Shown: positions 1 to 8,486 of the stretch, one piece after another | Position numbering within the stretch: the first letter of the stretch is position 1 | Layout: every line of letters begins with the position of its first letter | Assembly (NCBI GenBank): GCA_036718335.1 | Contig: DAIMBN010000003.1 | Location: 1,862 to 65,861, forward strand | Origin: Coriobacteriaceae bacterium | Lineage (GTDB): Bacteria > Actinomycetota > Coriobacteriia > Coriobacteriales > Coriobacteriaceae | DNA: 64,000 nucleotides | Reading direction: 5' to 3' | The notes under the pieces: model-generated | Seen by the model: the letters and a program-made list of their open reading frames with translations, nothing else | Told to the model about the DNA's origin: nothing | Database searches by the model: none | Position numbers and translations under genes: made by a program

Positions 1-694
1 GCGTCTCGGGCTCCGGCGCCGACTCGGTAGCGTCTTGATCTGCGGGCTCGTCGGACTGATCGTCCTCGGCCTCGTTGCCAAAGACATCGCTGTTTTGGAA
101 CGCAGACGTCTCGGGTTGGTCAGCGGCTTCTTCGGTTGTCGACTTGGGCGCTTCGTTGAGCTCCACAGTGGCTTCCTGCTCGGATATGTCTTTGGGATCG
201 GTCGTGGCGGCGATTTCGGTTTCGGCTTCTGCCGTTACCTCAATAGCGACTTCGATCTCTGTCTCGGGCTCGGGTTCCGGCGCGGCTTCAACCATGGTTT
301 CTGGCTCGGTGCGCTTAACGTGCTTGGGGCGCACGGCCTTGAGGTCCTTCTCACCGCGCTTTTTCTTTTTGTAGGACTGCTTGGCGCCCTTGGCGGTCTT
401 GGGCTTGTCCTCGCCCTTGGCAAGTGCGGCATCCCAGGCCTCGTTGGCGATGACGGTGGCATACAGGCGGCCGCCCTTAAAGACGGTCAGCTTAACGCAG
501 TCGTTGAGCTCCTCGAGCAGCTCGCGCGTGGACTCGAAGCCCAGGTCATAAGCGGTCATGTCGCTAGCGGCGAGCGCCTCCTCGACCTGCGTCATAAATG
601 TTTGCTTGCCGCATCCAATCGCATCGCGCAGCAGGCGATACAGATAGATGTGGTTGCCCAGCGAAAGCGTGGGCCTAACTATTGTCTTGCTCAT
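1..694 (-). CDS. Hypothetical acidic protein (N-terminal part in window; gene runs off the window start). The N-terminal ~90 aa may be an OST-HTH/LOTUS-like fold.
   Basis: ATG at 692-694 (minus) preceded by GGAG. The frame stays open to position 1 and translates MSKTIVRPTLSLGNHIYLYRLLRDAIGCGKQTF..., followed by a Glu/Pro/Thr-rich tail. It is absent from the ORF track because there is no stop in the window. The + strand ORF 35-838 is its shadow. Confidence 0.6.
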   Translation of the reverse strand, partial: MSKTIVRPTLSLGNHIYLYRLLRDAIGCGKQTFMTQVEEALAASDMTAYDLGFESTRELLEELNDCVKLTVFKGGRLYATVIANEAWDAALAKGEDKPKTAKGAKQSYKKKKRGEKDLKAVRPKHVKRTEPETMVEAAPEPEPETEIEVAIEVTAEAETEIAATTDPKDISEQEATVELNEAPKSTTEEAADQPETSAFQNSDVFGNEAEDDQSDEPADQDATESAPEPET

Positions 695-834
695 GGCAAA
701 TCTCCTCTTTACACATGTAAAGCATCTTACCATCGCATGGCGTTCGCCATGGCGGCGCCCAAGGCAAACGGGCGCGAACCGCTTTCGATTCGCGCCCGTT
801 GTATAGGTCGGTTATCTATGAGAGGCAAATGTGC

Positions 835-1788
835 TTAGTTGCCCGATGCCGTGCCTTGGCTCGAGTTGTCAGATGCCGTGCCGGACGCGGTTCCGCTCGA
901 GCTGTTGGTGTTGCTACTGTCTGCTGCACCCGTTCCCGACGTGGTGTCGCTCGTCTGGCCTCCCGTGTTCGGCTGTGAACCGTCAGTCGTTTGGCTTGAG
1001 TCGGTCGTGTCGGACGGCGTGCCACTGTTGGCCGTAGAGGAATCGGTGCCCTGCGATTGGTTTTGGGTGTTCGAGGACGAATCGGCAGAGGTAGAACTGT
1101 CTTGCGTGCCGTCCGCCTGTGCCTGCTGATCTTGCGACTGGGTGTTGCCATTTGCATCGCTCTCGGTCGTGCGCGACGACAGGATTGGCTCGGGACGCTC
1201 GCCCAGACCCTCGCCGGCGGTGGTGATAAGGATGGCGCCGGCGCAGGCGATGACCGCGACGATGGCGATGGCGATCGAGAAGACGATGACCTTCTTTTGT
1301 GTCTGGCTGCGCTCTGCCGCGGCCTTGGCGCGCAGGCTGTTGGGGGCGACGCGCGCCGTGGTCGCGCATCCCGCAACCTGGCGCATCTCCTGCGTGGTCG
1401 CGGCGCCACCTAGGTGCTCCTCGATATTGGGCTCAACGGGCTCGTAGGCGCCGGTAGGGTAGTCGACAGCGGCATGCGTACCCTTAATTGCTTCGGCGCT
1501 GGCGGAGATAAAGTGGCGATAGACCTGCGAGGACACAACAGTGATGACTGAGCTCACAGCGGCACCAATCACCGAGCCGGCAATGCCGATCTTTGAAGCA
1601 AGCGCCACGCTCGTGGCGGCAGCTGCGGCGCCGGCGATGATCTGGGGAATGGAAATGTCGTCGAACAGGCCCTTTTTGGGCGCGATGGCCATGGTCTGTC
1701 CGATGGAATGGTTCTCGTGCACGCCGTTGTTGAGCGATGCCGGCGTCATGACGCGCGTGCGCGGCGCGTCGGTGTACTTGGTTGTCAT
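835..1788 (-). CDS. Membrane protein with one clear TM helix and a Ser/Thr/Gln/Gly-rich low-complexity C-terminal tail
   Basis: ORF 835-1917. The preferred start is ATG 1786-1788 (MTTKYTDAPR...), preceded by GGAGGA. TM segment VIVFSIAIAIVAVIACAGAILITTAG; tail ...SSTSADSSSNTQNQSQGTDSS... Confidence 0.6.
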   Translation of the reverse strand: MTTKYTDAPRTRVMTPASLNNGVHENHSIGQTMAIAPKKGLFDDISIPQIIAGAAAAATSVALASKIGIAGSVIGAAVSSVITVVSSQVYRHFISASAEAIKGTHAAVDYPTGAYEPVEPNIEEHLGGAATTQEMRQVAGCATTARVAPNSLRAKAAAERSQTQKKVIVFSIAIAIVAVIACAGAILITTAGEGLGERPEPILSSRTTESDANGNTQSQDQQAQADGTQDSSTSADSSSNTQNQSQGTDSSTANSGTPSDTTDSSQTTDGSQPNTGGQTSDTTSGTGAADSSNTNSSSGTASGTASDNSSQGTASGN

Positions 1789-1963
1789 ACGGGGTCCTCC
1801 CGGTGTAAATCTGCTTCGTTTCATGTAGCCATCAGGGTACCCACCAGATGTGAATCGTACGTGACATTTAACAGATACCATCAACTCATCAAGGGGGGCT
1901 TGCTGTCTTTGGTGCAATAGCTTGATGCTAAACTGGATTTACGATTGTGAGGTGGTTTACGTG

Positions 1964-2203
1964 ATGTACCCGTATATGACATTCGAAGACGGTACCGAGG
2001 TCGTTCATTCTGACCTGATAGCAGATGGGGATATCGAAAAGGTTATCGTGCATTTTGAACGACCGACGGCAGAGGGCTTCGACTCCGCTCGTTGTGAGTT
2101 GCCTTCCTGTTCGTGGACTGACTGGGAAGGGCATTTTACTCAAAGTGAAAAACGAGCTTTCGAAGAGTGTTTGAGCAAATCATTTAGATTAGTTCGAGTT
2201 TAG
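1964..2203 (+). CDS. Small hypothetical protein at the left edge of the AT-rich island
   Basis: ORF 1922-2203. SD-like GAGGTGG at 1949-1955 favours GTG 1961 or ATG 1964 as the start. Translation MYPYMTFEDGTEVVHSDLIADGDIEKVIVHFERP...; no family recognised. Confidence 0.45.
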   Translation: MYPYMTFEDGTEVVHSDLIADGDIEKVIVHFERPTAEGFDSARCELPSCSWTDWEGHFTQSEKRAFEECLSKSFRLVRV

Positions 2204-2282
2204 TTCGAATATAGAAGCCGAATGCGATGACCTAAAGCGTATGCATTTTTAGTATTAGATGCGTATGAAATGGAGGATGTGA

Positions 2283-2564
2283 ATGGATGAGCTAATAGAC
2301 TTTAAAAAACGATTTCTCAAGAATGGCGAGCTGGTTTCAATTCCAAAAAAGGAAAGCTATAAAAGAATCATGCTGCTATGGGCCGTCTCTTTCTTTGAAT
2401 TAAATACAAGTTATACGGAGCTTCAGGTTAATCGTGTACTGTCACAGCTCTATCCTGATTATGCCGTGTTGAGGCGGTACTTGGTTGATTATGGATTCCT
2501 ATTAAGGGATGAGCGAGGCCTGAAATACGAGGTTAATCGTGATGTTCACGGTATTGAGAGCTAG
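2283..2564 (+). CDS. DUF2087-like small protein (domain often attached to ArsR-type regulators)
   Basis: GGAGGA sits 5 nt upstream of the ATG. The pattern ...YTELQVNRVLSQLYPDYAVLRRYLVDYGFLLRDERGLKY resembles the DUF2087 signature. The gene overlaps the start of the following MFS gene, so the two are probably translationally coupled. Confidence 0.5.
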   Translation: MDELIDFKKRFLKNGELVSIPKKESYKRIMLLWAVSFFELNTSYTELQVNRVLSQLYPDYAVLRRYLVDYGFLLRDERGLKYEVNRDVHGIES

Positions 2565-3726
2565 CCGTCCGGTTCGAGTCCTATATATTGCTAGAGGGAT
2601 AAGCGAAATAGGCAATTGGTGTGCGAATATTGCTTTGCCAATGCTGATTTACGAGGTAACTCACGATGTTTCTGCAACTGCTTTGATGGTCTGCTGCAGA
2701 TTTGCCCCCTCTCTGTTTTCAGTTGCGCTCGCGCAGCTGCCTCAGAAGATGGGTATCGGGACACTGCAGGCCATGAGATTGGCAGACTTAATTCGCGCGG
2801 GATTATTCGTTTGCTATATTTTTGTTGATAGTAAATGGAGTATGTTTGCTATTACGTGCGCGGTATCGCTTTGCCGAACGGTTGAAATGCCCTGCTTTTA
2901 CTCGTTGTTAAGAGCCAATACGAATAGTATCAATCGCGACGTAATTAATAATTCGTTTGGGTTTCTGCAGAATTTGATGATGGTTCTGGGGCCAGTTGCC
3001 GGCGGTTTTGTTGTCGCTCAATTTGGGGCGGAGGCTGTTCTTGCATTAGACGCGCTTTCTTTTGCCGCGTCGTTCTGGTTGCTGCGAGATGTTCCGTCGG
3101 TTATCGAGGTTAATGATAAAGAGGGGATAAGCAAAAATGAAAAAAACAGGACTGCATTTAGTGATCTTAGCGCGAAGCACTTGGCAATTGGTTTCCTATT
3201 AATCGATATTTCTAGTGGCGTGGCATTCGGCTCTCTGAATTCTCTTTTGCCAGCTATTGCGCAATTGCAATTTGACTCGTCATCGATACAATACGGATTC
3301 CTTCAGAGTAGTCTTACAATCGGACTGTTGTTCGGAAATACAATATATGGTCGTTTAATTAGTGGTTCCGATTGCATTAAATCATATTGTTTTGTGACGT
3401 ATCTTGCGCTCGGTGCGTATCTGGCGTTTGGCTATCGCTATGCGTCTGGAATATCGTTTATTTTCCTTTTTATCGTCGGTGCCGGAAACGCCATTCAAGA
3501 TGTGCTTCTCATAACATCGCTGCAGGATTTGGCGAGAGACGAATCTGAATCGATAAGCCTGTTTTCAATTAGGGAGTCTTTGCAATCGGTTGCTGTTGTT
3601 ATTTCAACACTCCTTGTTTCGCTGTTCACGAGCATCGCGATGTTCTCAATTCTCGTTACAGGACTTGGTGTATTTTCAATTATGATGGTAGTTGTGTTTC
3701 AATTGAATTATTTGCGAAAGATGTGA
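2539..3726 (+). CDS. MFS transporter (putative exporter of the island)
   Basis: 395-aa ORF that is hydrophobic throughout with about 12 predicted TM segments. The start is GTG 2539 or ATG 2542. AT-rich codon usage matches the island. Confidence 0.8.
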   Translation: MMFTVLRASRPVRVLYIARGISEIGNWCANIALPMLIYEVTHDVSATALMVCCRFAPSLFSVALAQLPQKMGIGTLQAMRLADLIRAGLFVCYIFVDSKWSMFAITCAVSLCRTVEMPCFYSLLRANTNSINRDVINNSFGFLQNLMMVLGPVAGGFVVAQFGAEAVLALDALSFAASFWLLRDVPSVIEVNDKEGISKNEKNRTAFSDLSAKHLAIGFLLIDISSGVAFGSLNSLLPAIAQLQFDSSSIQYGFLQSSLTIGLLFGNTIYGRLISGSDCIKSYCFVTYLALGAYLAFGYRYASGISFIFLFIVGAGNAIQDVLLITSLQDLARDESESISLFSIRESLQSVAVVISTLLVSLFTSIAMFSILVTGLGVFSIMMVVVFQLNYLRKM

Positions 3727-3733
3727 CGTTGAT

Positions 3734-4105
3734 ATGCCTAAAACGCTTTTAGTATTTCCCCCAGGATGGAGTCCAGTGGGGCCGTATCTTGCCTTGCCTG
3801 TTTTGAAGTCATATCTTCAAGAGGTTGAACAATATAAAGTTGACATCGTTGACTTAAACGTGGAATTTTACGATGACCTCCTATCTTTTAGACATGTCGA
3901 AGAGTGCTGTAAAAGGTATCGGGAATCAAAGGATTCGTTTAGTTCGAATGTTCAATTAACAATCGAGTTGATACAAAAGTCAGCACTTAATGTTGACGAG
4001 GCAAAAGATATTTTCAGATCGAAGAGATACTTTAATCTAAAAGAAAGACAATATGCTGAAAACATTTTTAGAAATGCACTCTATATCATAAATCACGTCT
4101 CATAG
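3734..4105 (+). CDS. N-terminal fragment of a B12-binding-domain radical SAM protein, ended by TAG TGA
   Basis: MPKTLLVFPPGWSPVGPYLALPVLKSYLQEVEQYKVDIVDLN resembles the first beta-alpha unit of the cobalamin-binding domain of class B radical SAM enzymes. It is in the same reading frame as ORF 4169-6055. Confidence 0.6.
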   Translation: MPKTLLVFPPGWSPVGPYLALPVLKSYLQEVEQYKVDIVDLNVEFYDDLLSFRHVEECCKRYRESKDSFSSNVQLTIELIQKSALNVDEAKDIFRSKRYFNLKERQYAENIFRNALYIINHVS

Positions 4106-4168
4106 TGAGTTAAATACACGTTCAACTCCATAGATCTGCCCTATGATTATTATTCGACACCAGAAATA

Positions 4169-6055
4169 ATGAAATCGCTTGCGGATACCTTGCATAATCC
4201 GTTTATTTCCTTCTATGAAACTGCCTTTCTTAAGCGTATTCAGAGGGAAAAAATCGAGTTTATTGGGATTTCGGTGAGCGGCTGTTTCCAATTGATTTCT
4301 GCAGTTACGTTAGCGAAACTGATTAAAGAAGAATGTCCATCTGTTAAACACGTCTCATTGGGCGGCAATTACATTACTCGTTTAGCAGATGACTGCATGA
4401 AAGAATGGCATCCCTTTTTTGAATACACTGATTCGATAATGATGTATGACGGCGAAGAGCCGCTTGCACGTCTTCTTGAGGCTCTTGACTCTGGTGATGA
4501 CAATCTCGACTGTGTTCCAAACCTTTGCCATGCTAAAGGTGGGAAGATATATAAAAACCATCGGATTGAGCAAACATTTATCAACGATACGGTTCCCGAT
4601 TTCGATGGCTTCGCCCTTTCTAAATACTTCATGCCTGAGTTAATATTGCCGGTTTATTCCTCTAGGCAGTGTTTTAATCATTGCGCCTTCTGCACCATTC
4701 CCGGTGCTACCGGTGGTTGTTACCGAAAGATGCCTATATCGAGAGTATTTGAAATAATGTGTCGGTTAAATGAAAAATACGGCACGAGAGTTTTCTCTTT
4801 TGTGGATGAAACATTCGAAGGCAAAAGAATGGAGCAACTCGCGGATGAAATAAACGCATCGGGAAAAACGTTTTTCTGGCATGGAGAAACGAGGTTCTCT
4901 CCAACCCTAAGTACAGACGTTTTCAACAAGATATACCAAAGTGGATGTAGGCAGATTCAGTTTGGCCTCGAGTCATACAACCAAAGAGTTCTTGATCTAA
5001 TGAAGAAGAACACGAGAGTTGATTGGATTGATCGCAATATCCATGATTGTCTCAATGCGGGTATTCCTGTTCATCTATTCTTTATGATTGGCTTTCCGAC
5101 CGAAACTAAAGAAGAGGCTCTGAACACCTTAGCTTATACAGAGAATGTTTTGAATTATTCAAAACAGGTATGTGGTGTTCCATATTCCACGAGAGGATTT
5201 ACGAATTTTGGTCTCGTTATGGGGTCGGATGTTTGGAATCATCCCGATAAGTATGGTGTCTCTGTAATGCCGAAGTCCCAATATGAGGATTTGCGCCTCG
5301 AAGTGGATTATGTTTCAGGCACTGGTTTAACTTTAAATGAAGCAAAATCCTTATCTGATGAGCATCATATTGATTTTTATATGCAAGAGGTCATAAACGG
5401 TAGCGACACAATTGACTTGCCCCAGCGGCTTCATATTTCAGAGGTGACCTGGATCCTAGATTCTATTCACGCTGTCAGGTATAAGGGACATTTGACCAAA
5501 GTAAAGCGACGGCTAACTAGTCTAAATCCAGCTGATCGAATCTGGCTGGATTCCAAGACCTCTGTCGTGCTCGTTGAGCCATTTGCCTACTTCTATAATT
5601 CTGAATACCATCATGTCTATGCTGTTTCCCAGTTGGTATACCTTAAGTTGGCCCGTTTATTGGAGGCCGATTGTAGCATTTCTCTTATCCTTGATCAAGG
5701 CGACCTCGAGCTGACAAGGACGATAGAAGAACTGTTGCATTATGGATTGCTGAATACAAATATCGATGCCGATTATGTAATGCACGATAATGGTTTTCAA
5801 TTGGTTAAAAGTTCGTTTGTGAAAGAAGTCGGACGCTCAAAAGAGGGGTTAAGAGTACTGCTGAGTTGTGCCACCCATAGAATGTGTGCGGTTAATGATT
5901 TTTCGTTCGCTTTGCTTTCGTTGTTTGAAAAGCCGATTACTAAGAACGAGGTGCGCGACATTTTGAAAAAAGAGGGACTATCGGCAAACGAGGAGCAATT
6001 AAACAAGTTGGTTGATAATTGCATGAAAGCAGATATACTACAGTTGATTAGATAG
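4169..6055 (+). CDS. B12-binding-domain radical SAM protein (core plus C-terminal PqqD-like peptide-recognition domains)
   Basis: CxxxCxxC (CFNHCAFC) is encoded at 4670-4693. Upstream, ...IEFIGISVSGCFQLISAVTLAKLIKEECPSVKHVSLGGNYITRL matches the rest of a B12-binding domain. The C-terminal ~170 aa contain two segments with PqqD/RRE-like character (ELTRTIEELLHYGLL; ITKNEVRDILKKEGLSANEEQLNKLVDNCMKADILQLI). No SD precedes ATG 4169. Confidence 0.8.
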   Translation: MKSLADTLHNPFISFYETAFLKRIQREKIEFIGISVSGCFQLISAVTLAKLIKEECPSVKHVSLGGNYITRLADDCMKEWHPFFEYTDSIMMYDGEEPLARLLEALDSGDDNLDCVPNLCHAKGGKIYKNHRIEQTFINDTVPDFDGFALSKYFMPELILPVYSSRQCFNHCAFCTIPGATGGCYRKMPISRVFEIMCRLNEKYGTRVFSFVDETFEGKRMEQLADEINASGKTFFWHGETRFSPTLSTDVFNKIYQSGCRQIQFGLESYNQRVLDLMKKNTRVDWIDRNIHDCLNAGIPVHLFFMIGFPTETKEEALNTLAYTENVLNYSKQVCGVPYSTRGFTNFGLVMGSDVWNHPDKYGVSVMPKSQYEDLRLEVDYVSGTGLTLNEAKSLSDEHHIDFYMQEVINGSDTIDLPQRLHISEVTWILDSIHAVRYKGHLTKVKRRLTSLNPADRIWLDSKTSVVLVEPFAYFYNSEYHHVYAVSQLVYLKLARLLEADCSISLILDQGDLELTRTIEELLHYGLLNTNIDADYVMHDNGFQLVKSSFVKEVGRSKEGLRVLLSCATHRMCAVNDFSFALLSLFEKPITKNEVRDILKKEGLSANEEQLNKLVDNCMKADILQLIR

Positions 6056-6068
6056 AGGAGGTTTCTGC

Positions 6069-6179
6069 ATGGACGTTATTAATAAAGATCTCTTGGAGCA
6101 ACTGAAAGAGTTTCAGGAAGAGGGCGTCGTGGTAGAAGTGTTCGACTTTGAGGACTACATGGATAAATTCTGCCATTAG
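6069..6179 (+). CDS. 36-aa acidic peptide, candidate RiPP precursor (not in ORF track)
   Basis: ATG at 6069 is preceded by AGAGGAGG with 7-nt spacing and lies 13 nt after the radical SAM stop. Translation MDVINKDLLEQLKEFQEEGVVVEVFDFEDYMDKFCH, stop TAG at 6177-6179, followed by an intrinsic terminator. Confidence 0.55.
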   Translation: MDVINKDLLEQLKEFQEEGVVVEVFDFEDYMDKFCH

Positions 6180-6204
6180 TTTCGGAATTTACTCGCCTCG
6201 CTTA

Positions 6205-6238
6205 AAGGAGAAGTCGATTATCGATTTCTCCTTTTTTA
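6205..6238 (+). terminator. Intrinsic terminator closing the island operon
   Basis: Stem GGAGAAGTCGAT / ATCGATTTCTCC followed by TTTTTT. Confidence 0.7.
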
Positions 6239-6367
6239 ATTAAAGATATTATTGAAATACATGCTCCTAGCACAGGTTGGCCTCTCAGTAAACTGGGAGG
6301 TTGCTTTGGCTAGTTAGAGATATGTGAACGTCCGTTAGACTGAATCTCAGGGTAGAAGGGGCCTCCA

Positions 6368-8368
6368 GTGTCCAGATCAACTAGGCAATGCTGCGTTTCG
6401 GCTAATAAGAACGATGGCTTTTTGCGTGTGGCGGCGGCTTCGCCGCGGATTCGCGTTGCCGATGTCGAGGGCAATGCCGAGGTTGCGCTGGCGGCTGTTC
6501 GCGAGGCTGCCGAGCGCGGCGTTCGCGCGCTGGTGCTGCCCGAGCTCAACTTGTGCGGCTATACCGCGGCCGACCTGTTCCATAATCGCACACTGCTGCA
6601 TGCCTGCGAGGCTGCTTTGGTGCATATCCTCGATGAGACTCGTGAGCTGCCGATTGTCTTTACCATCGGTCTTCCCGTTGCGGTTGCCGAGAATATCTAC
6701 AACTGCGCCGCCGTGTGCTGCGCGGGCGAGCTTTTGGGCCTCACGGCCAAGAAGTATCTGCCCAACTATGGCGAGTTCTACGAGCGCCGCTGGTTTGCTC
6801 CGGCGCCCGCAGATCCTGTGTGGGTCGAGTTTGCCGGTCAGGGTCCGGTTCCGCTGGGTTCGGAGCTTGTCTACCGCTGCTGTGACGAGGGTGCCGAGGA
6901 TATGGTGCTGGGCGTTGAGGTCTGCGAGGACCTGTGGGTGCCGGCGCCCCCTTCGACCGAGATGGCGCTTGCCGGTGCGACGGTGATCCTCAACCCGTCG
7001 GCCTCGGACGAGATTATCGGCAAGGCAGATTACCGACGCAGCCTCATATCCAACCAGAGCGCGCGCCTGTACTGTGCCTATGCCTATGCAGATGCGAGCG
7101 AGGGCGAGTCCACGACCGACATGGTCTTTGCGGGCGAGAACCTCGTCTACGAAAACGGATCTAAGCTCGCCGCCACGAAGCTTCTTACCTGCGATATAGC
7201 GGTGGCCGATGTCGATCTTGACCGTCTGGTTGCCGAGCGCCGCCGCTCGACGACGTGGACGCGCGCGGACGATGCGCCGGAGGCCACGACCGTTGAGTTT
7301 TCGTTTGAGGGCGTGCTGACGGACGAACCTGTCCTGCGCGATGCACTCGGCATCGACCGTGTCTTCCCCCGTGCGCCCTTTGTGCCGGCCGACCACGGTG
7401 ATCTGGCCGAGCGCTGCGAGACTATTCTCAATCTGCAGACTGCTGGCCTCAAGACCCGCCTTGCCCACACAGGTACCAAGGCTGCGGTTATCGGCCTTTC
7501 GGGTGGCTTGGACTCCACGCTGGCACTGCTTGTGACCGTGCGTGCCTTCGATGCGCTGGGGCTGCCGCGCACGGGTATCACGGCGGTCTCCATGCCAGGT
7601 TTTGGCACGACGCATCGCACCAAGTCCAATGCCGAGTCGCTTGCCCGCGACTTGGGTGTGAGCTTCCGCGAGGTTTCGATCCACGCGGCTGTGGAGCAGC
7701 ACTTCAAGGACATTGAGCACGATCCGACCGTGCAGGACGTGACCTACGAGAACAGCCAGGCCCGCGAGCGTACGCAGATTCTGATGGATCTTGCCAACCA
7801 GGCTGGCGGTTTTGTCATCGGCACGGGCGACCTGTCGGAGCTGGCGCTCGGCTGGGCTACCTATAACGGCGACCACATGAGCATGTACGCCGTCAACGCG
7901 AGCGTGCCCAAGACGCTCGTGCGTCACTTGGTGCGCTATGCGGCTGATGTCTTTGGCGGGAGTATTGCCGAGGTCTTGCTCGACATCCTCGATACGCCGG
8001 TATCTCCCGAGCTTCTGCCGCCCACGGGCGACGGCGAGATTGCGCAGAAGACCGAGGATTTGGTGGGCCCGTACGAGCTGCACGACTACTTCCTCTACTA
8101 CCTGCTGCGTTTTGGCTTTGAGCCGGGCAAGATCTACCGCATGGCGCTCAAGAGCTTCGAGGGCGTCTACGACGCCAAGACCGTCCACACGTGGCTACGT
8201 ACGTTCTACCGTCGCTTCTTTGCCCAGCAGTTTAAGCGCAGCTGCCTGCCCGATGGTCCCAAGGTGGGCTCGGTGACGCTCAGCCCGCGCGGCGATTGGC
8301 GTATGCCGAGTGACGCTAGCTCGCGTCTGTGGCTTGCGCAGATCGACGCGCTCAATCCAGTTGACTAA
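6368..8368 (+). CDS. nadE: Glutamine-dependent NAD+ synthetase (CN-hydrolase domain plus NAD synthase domain)
   Basis: 666-aa ORF. N-terminal nitrilase-type domain (FLRVAAASPRIRVADVEGN..., EVCEDLW). C-terminal NAD synthase P-loop GLSGGLDST. The GTG start at 6368 is uncertain. Confidence 0.9.
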   Translation: MSRSTRQCCVSANKNDGFLRVAAASPRIRVADVEGNAEVALAAVREAAERGVRALVLPELNLCGYTAADLFHNRTLLHACEAALVHILDETRELPIVFTIGLPVAVAENIYNCAAVCCAGELLGLTAKKYLPNYGEFYERRWFAPAPADPVWVEFAGQGPVPLGSELVYRCCDEGAEDMVLGVEVCEDLWVPAPPSTEMALAGATVILNPSASDEIIGKADYRRSLISNQSARLYCAYAYADASEGESTTDMVFAGENLVYENGSKLAATKLLTCDIAVADVDLDRLVAERRRSTTWTRADDAPEATTVEFSFEGVLTDEPVLRDALGIDRVFPRAPFVPADHGDLAERCETILNLQTAGLKTRLAHTGTKAAVIGLSGGLDSTLALLVTVRAFDALGLPRTGITAVSMPGFGTTHRTKSNAESLARDLGVSFREVSIHAAVEQHFKDIEHDPTVQDVTYENSQARERTQILMDLANQAGGFVIGTGDLSELALGWATYNGDHMSMYAVNASVPKTLVRHLVRYAADVFGGSIAEVLLDILDTPVSPELLPPTGDGEIAQKTEDLVGPYELHDYFLYYLLRFGFEPGKIYRMALKSFEGVYDAKTVHTWLRTFYRRFFAQQFKRSCLPDGPKVGSVTLSPRGDWRMPSDASSRLWLAQIDALNPVD

Positions 8369-8435
8369 GGTTGGCTAAATTGAACCAATATGGGGGTTGC
8401 AAGCGTTACACTTTTGCAATCTGATGGCCCGTATC

Positions 8436-8468
8436 GCGCGGCGCTCTTGTCGGAGCGCCGCGTTTTTC
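8436..8468 (+). terminator. Intrinsic terminator after nadE
   Basis: Stem GCGCGGCGCTC / GAGCGCCGCG followed by TTTTT. Confidence 0.6.
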
Positions 8469-8486
8469 ATATCGAAAGGTGGCACC

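Noticed and set aside
35-838. 267-aa + strand ORF at the window start
   Set aside because: It lies antisense to a better-supported minus-strand gene (ATG 692-694 with SD, coherent acidic protein). Its translation is Gly/Leu/Arg/Phe-rich nonsense typical of a high-GC shadow frame.
6377-8188. 603-aa minus-strand ORF antisense to nadE. Similar long antisense ORFs: 8406-9671, 9849-10892, 12144-13052, 15331-16818, 17464-18771, 24801-26393, 40562-41761, 41950-43137, 43154-44281, 47187-48014, 53527-54690 and 56736-59159 (807 aa)
   Set aside because: All lie exactly opposite genes with unmistakable enzyme motifs. Their translations are dominated by Arg/Gly/Ala/His/Leu/Asp with no recognisable domains, and they lack SD sequences. 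Such stop-free antisense frames are expected from strong GC3 bias.
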